A stretch of 64,000 nt of DNA from Octopus vulgaris (GCA_951406725.2 OX597818.1:126480001-126544000); one strand, 5' to 3'; counted from the stretch's first letter, positions 44,098 through 58,517 are shown. Notes: generated by a model not told the origin, from the letters alone. Translations and numbers: made by a program.

Positions 44098-44610
44098 GAT
44101 AGTTATGAACATATCTTGTCATCAATTCTTATACAGAAACATAAAGCTGTTTGCTTTAGCATGCTGCAGGCTTTCATTACTATTCATCAAAAATCTCATT
44201 GCTATTCAAATGAATGATAAGATAATATTTAACAGTAAACAAAAAATATTTCAAGCCACTTATTAACTAAAAGCATATGACTTCAGCACGGGCAATTTAG
44301 GTAATTGCATAGCATTTACGTATGAAAAAATAGTTTAATTCATTATTTTAAACAAAAGCAATGAAAATGATACACGAACATTAAATCATGCATGTTTTGA
44401 AAATTAGCTAATTTTCTTTCTTTTCCCTTTATAGAAACACAAAAGTCATTTTTAATCTTGTTTACAAAACAATGAGTAGCAATATTTTATAGCTGTTTGT
44501 TAATTACATTTTACTTAATGAATTTTATAACAATTTGAAACATAAGATTTTGAATTTATTTATTCATTCACACATATGCATGTATATCTATCTATCTATC
44601 TATCTGTCTG

Positions 44611-44660
<50 letters not shown>

Positions 44661-44700
44661 AACCTAGCTATCTGTCTGTCTGTTGACCTCTCTCTCTCTC

Positions 44701-44767
<67 letters not shown>

Positions 44768-44978
44768 CAATACAGAGGGAGAGAGAGAGAGAGAGAGAGA
44801 GAGACGCACACATATCAATATATATATGTACGTATGAAACTAAGATGTTAAAATTTTGTGTACACACCAGCATTGTCATATGTGTGTGTGTGATGTGATG
44901 CCTGCGTGTATGTGTGTGTGTGTGTGTACGTTTGTGTGCGTGTACGTATTTATGTATTTATGTAAACTTATATATATA

Positions 44979-45024
<46 letters not shown>

Positions 45025-45245
45025 GAGTCTATGGCTGCAAAGTGTTTATTAACATAACCTATGCGTATTATAATACCCCGCCCTAATATGGCATTCGTTT
45101 ACATAGGATATATTTTCTCACATCTTGTGTTCTGTGATAAAATCTATCTGGGTTTCTGGACTTCTGTATATGCATGTGCGTGCGCATGATTGCTTGTCAA
45201 CGTATGTGAATGCATATTTATATATATGTATATATACATCAATAT

Positions 45246-45294
<49 letters not shown>

Positions 45295-45328
45295 TGTATA
45301 TATGTATGTGTGTGAGTAAGTATGAACG

Positions 45329-45359
<31 letters not shown>

Positions 45360-45416
45360 ACATGAATATATATATATGCATATATATATATATTATATAC
45401 ATATATATAATGTGTG

Positions 45417-45455
<39 letters not shown>

Positions 45456-45897
45456 GCGTGCGTATGTCTGTCTTTATTCGTACGTACACTCATACAGCCA
45501 CTTAAGGTAGATATGTGAGATTATGCATTTTTATCCAATTAATATCCATTTTTTCTTATCAACTTTAAGCAAATTTTCAAGAACGGTATTATATATTTTT
45601 ATATTTATCATCGTCTCTTAATTTGATTACATTTTAAAACAAGAGTGACATAGAAGCAAGAATTTATTTGCATTGAATAAATTTTGTATTTTATTCATAT
45701 TGAAAAAAAAGCTGACGGCTGTAATAGCTTTTAGCGTTATACATTTATAGCACCTTGATATATTTTCAATAAATATTTATAAATATTTGAATTTTATGTC
45801 TTTTCTAAATTAATATAAAAAATTGATTTAATTATATAATTTTCATTATATATTAATTAAATATATGATAAATGTTTAATCAGAATTATATTTACTT

Positions 45898-46243
45898 AGG
45901 CGTTGGTATGTGATTATGATGCTCGCTGCTTTGCTATCTCGCGGTTTAGGATTCAATTCTATTGCATAGCACATTGGGCAAGTGTCTTCTACTATAATCC
46001 CAGGCCGAATAATACATATGTACATACATACTTGTCCGAGTTTGTCCTCCACCACAGCTTGACAACCGATACTGGTGTGTCTACGTCCCCCTAAATTAGC
46101 AGTTCCGTAAAAGCGTTCGATAGAATAAGTATCAGGTTTAAAACAAAATACTGGTGTCGATACATTAGCTGAAAATTCTTCAAGACGATGTTCCAGCATG
46201 GCCGCAGTACGATGACTGAAACAAATAAAAGTTAAAAGATTAA
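45898..46243 (+). mobile_element. Diverged SINE family A
   Basis: cattgggcaagtgtcttctactata core and ccagcatggccgcag tail. Confidence 0.75.
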
Positions 46244-46308
46244 AACACACACACACACTCACACAGACATATACACACACACACACCACATACACACCAC
46301 ACACACAA

Positions 46309-46432
46309 CTGTCGAAGAGCGTAGGCTCGAAACGTAAAAGACTTTTCCTATTCCTGAGCGCTATACTAATACATTTGTTTGATTGTACTCCACCTGCCTT
46401 CGTCTTTTGTTTATTTTCGTAAACTTTCCCGT
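46309..46432 (+). mobile_element. PLE terminal fragment beginning at an HHR-like motif
   Basis: ctgtcgaa-gagc gtag gctc-GAAAC-GTA, the same family as 4499. It ends in (TA)n. Confidence 0.65.
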
Positions 46433-46611
46433 TATATATATAAAGAGATAGAGAGGAGGAGAGAGATGGGGGGGAGATAAAAAGGGAACGAGATTGTGAG
46501 GGAGAGTGAAAAGTGAGCAGGTTGTTCTTACAATTACTCGTAATAGAAATGAATGAAAATTTATTTAAATTAGAAATTTATGGAAGGTACTGGAATATTC
46601 AATGCTGGATA

Positions 46612-46676
46612 TTGACCGACGGTTTCGCCCTTATATAAGTGTGTTCAGAAGTAGCCTGATGAAACCTCATCAGGCT
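46612..46676 (-). ncRNA. Rearranged hammerhead remnant with a small fold-back
   Basis: Minus-strand GAAAC-cgtcg-GTC plus the hairpin agcctgatga-aacc-tcatcaggct, which carries CTGATGA on both strands. Confidence 0.5.
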
Positions 46677-46801
46677 GAAGTTTTTCGTTATTGTGTGGCA
46701 TTGGTCATTGTAATTCCATATAAACACAGAGATATGCACATATGTACTTTGTTATATACATACGGAGAAATGGATTGGGAGAAGGAAAAAAAACAGAAAG
46801 G

Positions 46802-46908
46802 GAAGAAGAAGAAGAAGAAGAAGAAGAAGAAGAAGAAGAAGAAGAAGAAGAAGAAGAAGAAGAAGAAGAAGAAGAAGAAGAAGAAGAAGAAGAAGAAGAA
46901 GAAGAAGA
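46802..46908. repeat. (GAA)n tract, ~35 units
   Basis: Directly visible in the sequence. Confidence 0.95.
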
Positions 46909-47589
46909 AAGATGTGAGTGTTACAGCCGATTTTCTAGACAGCGCCACAAATGTTCACAAAATATATAGATTGATATACGTTTGTGCGTGTGTGTGCGGG
47001 TATGTGTGTGCGTGTATGTATACACACCTACACATATACATATATGTATCAGGCGCAATTTATTTAAAATAGCTCGAATTTCATTACAGCTTATTCCCAG
47101 AAACTACATTTTTGCATTCCTGCATTCTCCGTTACTTATTTGTCCCGAACTAATGTATTTGAATAGTTGACACAAATCAAACTGTAAAATAACCACTTCT
47201 CAACTATTCCTAATATGCCGTGTATTCGTATTTAAATTCCTTCAGTGCAATGGCCAGCCTTTTTAATTTTTCTTTTTAAATCTACTTTTATTTGATCTGT
47301 TGCTCTAAATCTTGGAGCCAAAGGAAAGTCTGAAGGTAGCGCACAATATTGGATAGTAACAGTTCCTATATTCCCCGTTCAATCCCATTGCAAATCGGTT
47401 ATTTTTCAAATTTCTCAGACATGAATTTGTTTTCAATGAATTTTCCCTTGCATTTTTTTTTCACCTTCTATATGATCGTTCGCAATCAACAAAAGCCTCA
47501 CCAGTCTCATTCGCCCGAGAATACCCAAGAGGGCATTGGGCAATAAGTAATTCGTAAAAAAATTATTTAGTATACATTATTTGTACTTC

Positions 47590-48090
47590 ATTACATATTT
47601 CCATCGCGGTCGAGACATAGTTGCCCTCCGGGTGGTTGGCATTGAGCCATGGTAAGACGTGGTGCCTCAGTGTCTTCAAGAAGGCATTAGCACCCACCTT
47701 TTCTCTGGGCGTGTAGAAGTAGATGGACAGCTTTCGTCCATCGGAGGTCACAACACCGAAGGCCATGATCTGGGCTGGATGTCTTGTTCTGAAGGTGGCA
47801 TTGACGTCAGCTGTTGACTCCGCAATATATCATTCGTTTCTGTGGTTCTCAATGGCATCCACAGAGATATCGTCGGAAAACTTTCGCATTGGATCCGTTC
47901 TTCTTGAAGTATGCGAGAATCTTTTTGCACCTATCTAGTCTCCTGGTCTTCATAGGTTCTGTCAGCAAGGTGTCTCGGTGTCCTGGTGTAGAACTTTAAG
48001 TCCAAGTCATCATTCTCAGCTGTTCTGATGGTCTTGTGTTCCACTTCAAGTTCAAAAGCCAGCTTCTTCATGGGTGTTGTTGGGTGATGG
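47590..48090 (-). mobile_element. maT-like (Tc1/mariner) transposase fragment
   Basis: HPAQIMAFGVVTSDGRK...KTLRHHVLPWLNANHPEGNYV, with FSDD upstream. Confidence 0.75.
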
Positions 48091-48200
48091 AATATTTATC
48101 GATACGGTTGTACATTGGGTAAATGTGTTTGAAAGTTGTGGTTTCTTTGGTTTGTTTGTTTGTTTCCAAACAACGCTTATTTTAGTGGTATTGACACCGC

Positions 48201-48246
48201 CGGATTGAATGGTACTGCCCAAGAGTCGAAACCATAATGATATCCG
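48201..48246 (+). ncRNA. Highly degenerate hammerhead-like motif
   Basis: cgga-TTGAATG...gagtc-GAAAC-cataatg-ATA-tccg. Stem I cgga/tccg is intact but the core is decayed. Confidence 0.35.
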
Positions 48247-48347
48247 TGGGGCAGCTCATGATGGAGGTATGTTGGATTGTTGGCATGGCTATGGAATAGT
48301 ATTATAACACATTCTTTTGATATATATACATATATATATATATATAT

Positions 48348-48417
<70 letters not shown>

Positions 48418-48438
48418 TATATACATATATATATATAT

Positions 48439-48547
<109 letters not shown>

Positions 48548-48829
48548 TATAGATACATATACATATATGTGCATGTGTGTGTGTCTGTGTGTACGTGTGT
48601 GAGAGAGTCTGCGAGGTGCTGTGCAAACATTATTGGGCTCTAGAATTTTAGGTTGTGCAATGGTCAGTAAGGTGACTAGCCAATCCTCGGTTGCGAGAGG
48701 AGGGAAAAGTGCAGATGCGCACCGGGGTGAAGCCGACTGCTTGTGCAATTGCCTCATGATTGAGCATTGCAAACATTTTTGCATTGGCTGTGGTCAGTGA
48801 CGGTCTTCCTCGGTCACGAGTGAACCGCC

Positions 48830-48864
<35 letters not shown>

Positions 48865-49932
48865 AGTGTGTGTGTGCGCGTGTACGTGTGTGTGTGCGTG
48901 TGTGTGAATTATATATACTCATGTAAGGGATGTGCAGTTTCACAAATCACACATACATATACACACTCACACACACACACACATAAGCACACGCACATGC
49001 ACACGTGCACAAACACATATACACATAGTCATGACTCATAGAAAAGTTTTGTCCGTCTAAGTATATATGTATATTGTTATGTATATATAATACATATATA
49101 CATACATTTATATACATTCTTACATACATTTACACACATATACATTCTTACATACATATATTTGCATTCAAATATTACATACATTAATACACTCGCACAC
49201 ACACGCGCTTAACAGACATAAATGCATGCATCTGCCAATATGTAAGTATGTCTATTCATGTATAAAAGTCATCACGTAATTCATTGTATGTGTCAAACGT
49301 AAAGAAAGTTCACAGTTCAAATGGCGTTCACGATGTGAGTTTAACACTAACATGGGACCCGAAACCAGACATCCGACATTCCTCTTGTGCGTCATAACTT
49401 AGCGTAGATAGCTATTAACATGTGATGTCATTTACACCGTTTCAAAGGCCGGATAGTTCATTAAATGGAGGATGGCACTGGTTGTAGCGTATAAATTGAT
49501 AAAATAACATTAATTTTGTATGTTTGTCAGTGCTTTTCACGTCAGTGTGCACCGCGTGTGTGCGTGTGTAATTGTAGAATTAGCCGTAGTTGTTGGCAAA
49601 ATTGTTCAAGTGATATTTTAAATCGTTGGGAGAGTAAATTGTTTTTTGATAGTATGCATATAAATCCAGCCATGACTTGATATTTTTTCTTTTCTTTTTT
49701 TCCAAATATCGATCAATAAAGCATAAAGTAAGGTCAAGTACCAGGTCGATTGAAGTGACAAAATATTTGTGGCTTTGCTTTGAGTCAATGTTAAGAACCA
49801 ATATTTGCTACATGAGTGTGCGTGTGTGTGTGTGTATGTTTGTATGTGTGTATGTGTGTGTATGTGTGTATGTGTGTGAAAATGTGTGTGTGTGTGTGTG
49901 TGTGTGTGTGTTCTTATTATTTAGTCTCGTAT

Positions 49933-50155
49933 TAGGCGGTGAGCTGGAAGAATAGACTCTGCACCGGACGAAATGCTTAGCGGAATTTCACCAGTCTTGA
50001 CGTTCTGAGTTCAAATTCCGCCGATGTCGACTTTGCCTTCCTCTTTCTGAGTCAATAAAATAAGTACCAGTTGCCGACTTGGGTCTATGGGATAAACTAG
50101 CTTCCTCCTGCTCCTCCAAATTGTCAAGCCTTTTGTCTATAGTGAAATAGATTAT
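49933..50155 (+). mobile_element. SINE family B
   Basis: ggcggtgagctgg...gttctgagttcaaattccgccga.gtcgactttgccttc...aaataagtaccagtt. Confidence 0.85.
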
Positions 50156-50364
50156 ATAGGACCCCTGTTAGTCCCACGGAGCAAAATTATTCTAGCCATG
50201 GCAATCCCATCCAACAACTGAGAATTGTATACTCATGACTATACTATCCAATGCGTTCCGAGGGAAATTCGCTTGGTAATTCTATCAAGTTCAGCTACCA
50301 CCAAATAGAAACTCTTTCAATTAGTTGTGGAGGTTCTGAGAGATGGTTGCGTCAGTTGTGAGAC

Positions 50365-50528
50365 AAAAGTAGCAATTTTGATGGGAGGGACAGTCGTTGA
50401 TACCTTACTTTATCGACGTCGGAGGTATGGAACTTAAAGCTGTTCTCGCCAGGATTTGAACACAGGACCCAAAAGAGGTGTACCGAAAAACGCAAAACAT
50501 TTCCAAAGCTCTGACACTTCTGCCAACA
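50365..50528 (-). mobile_element. Degenerate SINE family B
   Basis: tactttatcgac...ggatttgaac...ttctgccaac. Confidence 0.55.
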
Positions 50529-50542
50529 CGTGGGATGATGAT

Positions 50543-50648
<106 letters not shown>

Positions 50649-50755
50649 GCCATGTTGATTCGCTATGCACGCATTTTTTCCTCTCCTTCTTTCTGTATGT
50701 ATAAGATATATATATATATATACATGTATGTGTATGTATATATATATATATACAC

Positions 50756-51054
50756 AGTTCGTCGCTTTCGACGACGAGTGTTCTAACTGATCCGATCAAC
50801 GGAACAAGTCTGCTCGTGATATTAATGTGCAAGTGGCTGAGCATTCCGTAGACACGCGTATCCTTAAGAGAGATTCAGTGTGACAGAAAGTATGATTAGG
50901 TTGCCCCTTTGAAATACAGGTACTACTCATTTTTGCCAGCTGAGCTAACTGGAGCAACGTGAAATAAAGTATCTTGTTCAAAAACACAACGCGCCGCCGA
51001 GAATCGAACCTACGACCTTAGGATCGTGAGCCAAATACTCTAACCAAGCGCCTT
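50756..51054 (-). mobile_element. SINE family C
   Basis: Homologous to 1081-1382. Confidence 0.85.
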
Positions 51055-51233
51055 TACTTGGAGTTAAATAATAACTATGTTAAAACTGCTTATACCAAAG
51101 AGAATGAGACGTCGAACTGGAAGTCAAATCCCACCCAGATCAAGTTTACCTTCGGTGTTGCTAAATATAGTCGATTAATAGGATCATTTGATCTCTCTCG
51201 ATTCCCCAGATTCTCCACTTGATAATATCATAT

Positions 51234-51656
51234 AGGCGCAGGAGTGGCTGTGTGGTAAGAAGTTTGCTTTCTAGCTCCATGTTTTCAGGTTCAGTACCAC
51301 CGCATCGCACCTTGGGCAAGTGTCTTCTACTGTAGCCTCGGGTCGATCAAAGCCTTGTGAGTAGATTTGGTATACGGAAACTGAAAAATGCCCGTCGCAT
51401 TATATACGCGCGCGCGCTGGTATGTGTGTGTATGTGTGTATGTATCTCCGTTACCATCGCATCACAACCGGTGTAGGTTTGTTTAAGACCCCCGTAACTT
51501 AGCGGTTCAGCAAAAGACAACGATAGAATAATTACCAGACTTTGAAAAATAAGTCCTGGTGAGGGGGTCGATTCATTCGACTAAAATTTCTTCAGGTTGA
51601 TGCCCCAGCATGGCCGCAGTCTAGTGACTGAAACAAGTAAAAGATAAAAGATAAAA
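51234..51656 (+). mobile_element. Full-length SINE family A
   Basis: Homologous to 25655-26110. Confidence 0.9.
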
Positions 51657-51720
51657 CATATGAAATTCAGAAAGTCCAGTTTTGTCCTATAGAGTCACAG
51701 TTATGTCAGTCTATTGTATA

Positions 51721-52114
51721 CCTATTTCTTTACTACCCACAAGGGGCTAAACACAAAGAGGACAAACAAGGACAGACAAACGGATTAAATCGATTATATC
51801 GACCCCAGTGCGTAACTGGTACTTATTTAATCGACCCCGAAAGGATGAACTTAGAACGTAGCGGCAGACGAAATACCTATTCTTTATTGCCCACAAGAGG
51901 CTAAACACAGAGAGGACAAACAAGGACAGACACACGGATTAAGTCGATTATATCGACCCCAGTGCGTAACTGGTAGTTATTTAATCGACCTCGAAAGGAT
52001 GAAAGGCAAAGTCGACCTCGGCGGAATTTGAACTCAGAATGTAACGGCAGACGAAATACAGCATTGCATTTCGCTTCGCCCGGCGTGCTAACGTTTCTGC
52101 CAGCTCGCCGCCTT
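51721..52114 (-). mobile_element. SINE family B multimer
   Basis: It has the same tandem junction (gaaatacctatt.ctttattgcccacaag.ggctaaacacagagag) as 43492-44097. Confidence 0.9.
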
Positions 52115-52799
52115 ATTGTATACCGTCGCATATGGGTGATAAGAAATCAGGTTGGTTCGTTCACTTGAAGAAAAGAAGTTCGATTGATTGAACCACTGAA
52201 TATTCACCGTCGAAACTGGGGTAGGGGTGGGGGCATATATGAGTATATTGACCGAACCGATAGTTATGAGATCGGTAATATATATATAGAAACATTTAGG
52301 AGTGCTGTAGTGTTTGTTTTGAAGGTATTGAAAACACTTAGCCGAAGAGGTTTCTTAATCATGGACATTTTTTTTTACGACTGCAAGGGACGAAATATGG
52401 AGGATATTGAGGTGTAGACTGAAATATAAAGTCTGTACGTGTCTGTGTGTATATTTGTGTATGCGAGTTTATGTCCTTAGGTGTGTTTGTGTGAATGTGT
52501 GTGTGCGTGTTCGTTTTTCGCCTCGTATGTATCTGTATCTAGACATGTGCATGTGTTTATGCGTGCGAGCGTACTAAAGCGTGTGCGAGCGTATGTGTGT
52601 GCGTGTATATGTGTATATCTATATGTATGTCCATCCTGTATCTATTTTTATATAATTTTCTATAAGTTCTATTGATGATTCGTTCCTAATTAGCAGATTG
52701 TACAAAATATTCGTAGGGCAGGAGCATTTACGACACAAGCATTAGGTTTTTTTTTCTACATAAAGTGGACACCTTCTAAAAGTTGTCTTCGTGAGTATC

Positions 52800-54435
52800 T
52801 AAAGCATCAACACTTACTACACATTTTTCTACATTAATTGCTGACATACATTATCAGATTGCTTATTTTATGAAGCATTTAATGTTTTTCCTTTGCTTTT
52901 GCAGATGTTGTCCATAAAAGAAGCTGTCCGCTTCAGAAGTTGTCGAAAATATCAACATCGCATCATTTGGGATAAGAACGTGCATTGCAACAACAGGAAG
53001 GTGGTTCAAAAAATTCTGATCTGGAAACATGTGTCTGAATAATGCACCCCATGGACGCCCTCTATCATTGGTTAATGAGAAAACATTGAAATGTGCTGCG
53101 GAGATTAATCTTAGATCTACTGTTATAGCTCTTGCCAATAAATTAAAGGTCCCTAAGAATCTGTAGGACATCATATTGCACCGGTTATTAAAGTGAAAAA
53201 GATGGCTAAATCTGTTCCACTTGAATTAAGCGTTGCAAACCAGATGCGTCGTCTGAGAGAGTGTTCTTTTCTTTCTGCGAGAAACGAAAAAGAAATATTT
53301 TTGAAAAGATTAATCATCTGTAACAAAAAATAGGTTCTTTATGACAACAGTATAACACCTCTCCAGCGGCTAGATACAGAAGAGTCGTCTGAACATGTTT
53401 CAAAACCCTCTTTACGCAACACAAAAGTTTAAGGTTGATACTGTTTGGTGTTGCTATCAAGAAATCATTAAGTTTATGTTTCCGCGGTATAGAGAAAAAC
53501 AGTAGCACCCCAACCCAACTGCCAGCAAATTGAGCAAATGAATTTCAAATTAACCAAGAAAAATCCGGCACTGATAAACAGACTCGGGCTTATACTCTTG
53601 CATGATAATGCAAGATCCCTCATTGCAGATCAGATCACAGCAAAGTTGCAGCAGGTTAATTATGAAATATTGGTTCAGCCTCCATATTCTCCAGACTTGT
53701 ATCATCAGATTATCATTTCTTCCATCATTTTGAGTTTTCATCTGTGACAAAAAGTATGCAAACAAAGTATTAATGACAACATGTGAACAGTTTATAACTT
53801 CAAAAAATAATAAGATTTTTTAAAGAAGGAATATACACTGTAAATCCTCGAGTATAGTCCGCCCTTTAGTATATAATACGCAGGGGATTTTTAGTGGGAT
53901 GTACCTCTGAAAAACCTAAATCTTGTGTATAATACGCAACCCCCTCTCTAACTTGAATGAAGGTCTAAATAACGTCCTTGGTTTGTAAAAATGTATACGG
54001 TAACGTCCATTATTATTATTGTATAATATAACATAATGCAAACGTGTAGCTTTTTTGTGCATTTTGTTTGCAGAAAATAAAGAAATAACAGTAATAACGT
54101 TTAATAAATGTTGCTTACTGCAAGTTATGGTTGATTTAAGGTATTTTCGCGCCCGACATCACAAAATGCATCTGAATAAACATTGCCGGACAGCAAATAT
54201 AGACTCAGACGTTGCTTAGAAAATAATTTTCATTTTTAACCTCTTAAAAATTCGCTCTATGTATTTTGACCTTTAACTTTTGGGAAAACAATGCGGATTA
54301 TACTCGAGGATTTACGGCAGTCTCTGAAGTCGATGGATAAAAGTTGTTGAATCTAAGGAAACCTATTTTGATTAATAAATAATGACTATAAATATTTTTC
54401 ATTTATTTGTTTCACGTGCGGCAACTTAATATATA
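52800..54435 (+). mobile_element. Decayed mariner transposon interrupted by a MITE
   Basis: WFKKF*SGN...HGRP and LILLHDNARS...QPPYSPDL. The C-terminus KEGIYSL*SRWIKVVESKETYFD is rejoined across the MITE. Element ends are approximate. Confidence 0.85.
53838..54317. mobile_element. MITE (480 bp), pogo/Tigger-like TIRs
   Basis: ctgtaaatcctcgagtatagtccgc ... gcggattatactcgaggatttacgg. It splits the mariner coding sequence. Confidence 0.85.
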
Positions 54436-54449
54436 ACCGTACCCCTCCC

Positions 54450-56170
54450 TGATAAATGAAAAATACTCTAAAGTGGTCCCTAGAGAAATTTGAACTTAGA
54501 ATGTAGGGAGACATAACTAGAATATTGTAAAATGGTTCATCTGTGCTCAACCACTCCTAGCACTCCACTTCTTTTCCATATCCAATGATATAAATTTCTA
54601 ACACATTTCGCAGAGTGGTTGGGGCACAGATTAAATCGCCTCCGGTACTTATCTAGTATATTTTATTTATTGAATCTCTGTAAGACGAAACCAAAAGTCG
54701 ACCTCAACGGAATTTGAACTCATAATGTAGAGGTAATATAATTAGATACCGCAAGGCATTTTATTTTGAATCAGTACTTCTACCGTAAATACCACTTCAA
54801 CTATCGTTTTTATTCAATGATGTTAGTAACACCAACACTCCTATCTTTATGTTAAATTCAAAACAAAAAAAACAACCTGTTAGCGAGCATCAACATACTT
54901 CCCACTTAGTCGCCACCCACAATGTGTTTATCTCTTTAAGAGGGGAAACATAACCCACATGGTTTAGCTCCTTAAAGCAACATCTCTCTACTGGAAGCCA
55001 ACTTTGCAATTTAAGGACCACCATTAGTGATGATATTTTAAAATTCAGCACCGACTTGCTTCTATCTTCTATCTATCTAAATTCTCATTCATTTTGTCAC
55101 ACGGTGTACTTTACCTCATTTAAGAAATTATCAGATGAAAAATAGGGTATAAGAATTTCGATTTTTTTTATATATGGAAACAGGTGAAGAAATATATGAA
55201 CTGATATTTTGTTTATCGAACGAAACGATGAAAGGTTAAGTCAACTTCTGTAAGACTTGAACGGAAAACTTGAAATTACAAATATATACCACAAAGCATT
55301 TTATCGGACACTCTACTGATTCTGTAAATCCTCTCCACCAATAAAGATTTTTTGCATGGCTACAAGGTGAACAGCCAGTGGACATATCGACCCCAATAAT
55401 TGACTAGTACTTTATTTTATTGAAACGGAATGACTAAAGGAAAAGTTGACCTTAGCGTGATTTGAAATCAGAATGTAAAGAGCAGGAACAATTATCTCGA
55501 TGCAATTTCGCTCGATGCTTTAACGATTCAACCAAACTAAGAATAGGCTCCATGCCACAAATTTTAAGGGAGGCACTGAATAGTGTAAATCAACCTGAGT
55601 ACTTGACTGATATTTTATTATAACGACCTCAAAGAGACGAAAGTTATACTTGGCCTCTTGGAATTTGAATTCAGAAGATAAGGCTGCAGAATAAATACCA
55701 AACGATATTTTGACTGATATATTTTATGGCAAGAGTGGAATGTAATTTTGACATATTTTATGACTAAAGTATGACTAGTAACGGTCTCAAATTTTGGCAC
55801 AAGGTCAGGAATTTCAGGGGAGGGGATAAGTCAATTACACCAACTCCAGTACTCGACAGGTACTTATTTTATCAACTCCGAAAGGATGAAAAACAAAATC
55901 TACCTAGGCGGCATTTAAACTCAGAACGTAAATTGCCGCTAAGTATTTTGCCCGGCGTGCTAACGATTCTGGTAGCTCGCCGCCCTTAAGTGGGACTAAT
56001 AATAACAATTGTTTTTAATATAGACACATTGTACAGAATTATGAGATGGGAACTAAGTTGACTATATTTACTCATGTACTTGAGTGATATATTTTTATTT
56101 TATCGAGCCATGAATGATGAAAAGCAAATTTGACCTCAACTGGATTTGAGATGAGAACGTAAACAGCTTT
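54450..56170 (-). mobile_element. Cluster of about 7 diverged, co-oriented SINE family B copies
   Basis: Recurrent tac(t)tattttat.ga...aaag..gacct...atttgaa motifs near 54490, 54700, 55240, 55450, 55650, 55900 and 56130. Confidence 0.7.
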
Positions 56171-56936
56171 CTGATAACATTAAATTATATGTTACCAGAA
56201 GTGTGCATCTGAAGACTGGATGCTCAATTTACTTCATTTTCTAGGAGACAGTACCCATATTTTCCCAGCAACATTTAGCCTCGTAAGTGAATTAACCCTG
56301 TCAGAAAGCCACATGCAAACGTACTTGTGTCGTTTAGTCAGGGGTTTGAGTGCGAGTTCCTAGAATATTTCTTTCCCGGAGGATCAAATCTTCCTAACAT
56401 CTGCAAGAATAATGAGAATAGGAATAAAATTGTAGGAGAACGACATTACGAAACAAGTATTGAGCATAGTGGTCAGGTGATGACTGGGGCTTAGAGGTGT
56501 GACACTCAGCATTTGTAAACAAGGGAGACGTGTCAGGTGGGCTTTGGTAAAAATACAATGAAATGGTTTCGAAGGGCAAAAATCTCTATAGTGATAAAAC
56601 AATGTGTCTATGGAGTAAAGGTTAAACTAGAGTCTAAGATATCACTAAACGGTTAAACAGTCGTTTTTTCAATGCTACTGTGTTTGTTACTCAAGAAAAC
56701 TAGTTGATCAGACATTGAGTAATTTCGGACCCTGAAAAGCGGTTATAATGAGATGTAGAGCTTATTAAGGTTTCAAAGGAAGGTGACAGAGAAATATCAC
56801 AAATTATGAGCCATACAATGTGAGAATTTCGACAGGATTTAAGCGAGTTAAATGAATGTTGTCGAAACTAAAGAAAGTATGAGGTTTGAAATTAGATTAC
56901 TGACACAGTTCGGTAGGATAAGTTTACATTTATTTT

Positions 56937-56973
<37 letters not shown>

Positions 56974-57057
56974 TAAAATAAGATAGGAGTTATGAGGGTA
57001 TCCATATATCAGTTATCCAATATATATATATATATATATCGATATATATATATATCG

Positions 57058-57113
<56 letters not shown>

Positions 57114-57148
57114 ACTTATTTATTATATATATATATATTCGTCTATTT

Positions 57149-57265
<117 letters not shown>

Positions 57266-58053
57266 CATACACATAAATACGCACACATTTCTAATATATG
57301 TAACATGTATGTACGAATGGATGAATAGAGATGCGCGTGCTTGTGAATGAAAGAACGTTATTGTGCTGCGTATGCATATGTAGGTAATCTGTGTGTGTAT
57401 GTGTGTGTGTGTGTGTGTATATATATATACTCACAATTAGATGTATAAGCACATATACATACTCATACTTACATAGTTGAAATTGTTTTGAGTTCAACTT
57501 TGGAAAACGCCTTCGAGTAAACGCCACCTGTAGTTCACAGAAGATTTATCATGACGAAAGTCCTCTTGTAGTAGGCAAGAAGCAAAAGAAAACAGAACAA
57601 TAAATTCTCAAGATATTATTTATTATATTAATAAGTATCACTCCCTGTGGAGGAGCTACGATATCTGGTTAACATCAAGATAAATTGTCCGCCGTGTTAA
57701 TACAACAAAAAACAAAACATACAAATGTAGCGGATCAAGGAGAGAGAAAAACTCTATTGTCCTTTAGGTTGTTAGTCATCACATATGTTTTATGTGTAGC
57801 TGTGTTCGTATGTGTATGCATATACGTATATAAACTTACACCCACGTATATATATATATATAAATATATATATGAAATGGGTGGCTTATTAGCAATTAGA
57901 ATCTACAGGGAAAATTAGTAGGTGTAACAAAAGTGACAGTGGGTACCGACCACCACCTCGTTTTGCTAAAAATAAGAGTTAAAGCAACTGCAGAGCCACA
58001 AAAGTAATGAACTTAATGACTGTCAAAGGTAGGTAAGACCCCTAGCGTACGTA

Positions 58054-58100
58054 GTCGGATCGCGTCTTCGGATTTTACCATCTTAATCTTCATCAGCGAC
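58054..58100 (-). ncRNA. Diverged hammerhead copy of the retrozyme-like unit
   Basis: gtcg-CTGATGA-agatt aagatggta aaatcc-GAAgacgcg-ATC-cgac. Confidence 0.65.
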
Positions 58101-58517
58101 TTTTAACGCCTACGGTAAAACACAACTATCTCTACCGTTGAAAACAAATGCTAATTTTCAAAACGGTAAAAGTGTAAACAAAAAATTGAAACGATGGTTT
58201 ATTAGCAATTAGAACCTAAAAATAATATTAACAGAGGCCAGGAAAGTAACAGTGGGCACAGACTAGCACCTCTGAGTTCACTGCTTTTGTGGTTTGGAGG
58301 TGTTTTAACTCTTATTTTTAGCAAAAGATTTGCTAGTCAGTACCTTCCATCATTTTTGTGACCCCTAATAATTTTGCCTTTAGGCTCTAATTGTTAATAA
58401 GCCACCCTTTTAAATTTGTTGTTTACACGTTTACCGTTCTGAAAGTCAGCACACGTTTTCAACGGTTTTCTTTATAAGACTGACAGCGGTAGTTGAGTTT
58501 AATCTTAGGTATAAAGA

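Noticed and set aside
48630-48830. GC-richer block with a CxxC-like peptide on the minus strand
   Set aside because: It is too short to assign as an exon or a retroelement zinc finger.
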